Shown: in pieces, positions 42,027-42,276 of the stretch | How the letters are laid out: every line of letters starts with the position of its first letter | Numbering within the stretch: the stretch's first letter is position 1 | Program-made: the position numbers and the translations under genes | Notes under the pieces: generated by a model | The model's input: only the letters and a program-made list of their open reading frames with translations | Database searches by the model: none | Told to the model about the DNA's origin: nothing | Origin: a virus | Taxonomy: Duplodnaviria > Heunggongvirae > Uroviricota > Caudoviricetes | IMG/VR virus record: IMGVR_UViG_3300049215_000070 | Length of the DNA stretch: 42,276 bases | Reading direction: 5' to 3' (one strand)

Positions 42027-42276
42027 CCCAGGTAAAGTGCCATCAGAAGGAGTCCGGCCCATCCTTGCGCATCGAGGAAAGGCCGGACGGCCCTGTCGTT
42101 GAGATCGACCAGAACGGCGGCATCACGCTGCACCGTGCCCCGCCGGATGAGGCCGGACGGTTGTTCTGGGAGGCGGTCAACTTCAACGGGATAACGTACC
42201 GGGAAATCATCGAGAAACTCAACCAAAAAATCGACACGCTGATGCTGGACCCGTTTCGGTCCATAGTTCACGGCCC
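42023..42276 (+). CDS. 3'-truncated hypothetical protein (MTQVKCHQKESGPSLRIEERPDG...)
   Basis: ATGA overlap; frame open to the window end. Confidence 0.55.
   Translation, partial: MTQVKCHQKESGPSLRIEERPDGPVVEIDQNGGITLHRAPPDEAGRLFWEAVNFNGITYREIIEKLNQKIDTLMLDPFRSIVHG

Noticed and set aside
1-42276. Prophage/temperate status, tRNA genes, stop-codon reassignment, diversity-generating retroelement
   Set aside because: No integrase, CI-like repressor, att site or host flank recognised; no cloverleaf seen; all three stop codons terminate well-formed genes; no reverse transcriptase or TR/VR pair.

Overview
The window is a ~42-kb partial genome of a GC-rich tailed dsDNA bacteriophage with podovirus-like architecture (adaptor, P22 gp10-like nozzle, tail fibres, ejection proteins; no tape measure, tube or sheath seen). 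Terminase large subunit, portal and major capsid are not visible and presumably lie outside the window, after the terS-like gene at 40954. No integrase, repressor, tRNA, rRNA or CRISPR array was recognised. Layout: (1) + strand virion, lysis and ejection genes, 1-23410; (2) - strand accessory, nucleotide-metabolism and recombination genes, 23407-28961; (3) back-to-back promoters or possible origin, 29004-29260; (4) + strand replication, nuclease and small early genes, 29261-40819, including a GH5 glycoside hydrolase and three repeated promoter cassettes; (5) a late promoter and terS. The most interesting signal is a recurring [Y/F/M/L]-x-x-G-G-x-[V/A/L/F/M] motif in several putative capsid-internal proteins. 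Three internal copies sit at two of the domain junctions of a ~1370-aa polyvalent protein (GNAT, zincin-like, ART-like, SAM-lyase-like, HhH-glycosylase-like) and a fourth ends it. This suggests a protease-processed or tagged, co-injected anti-defence cargo system. All domain calls come from motif recognition by eye, with no database search run, and novelty is unverified.
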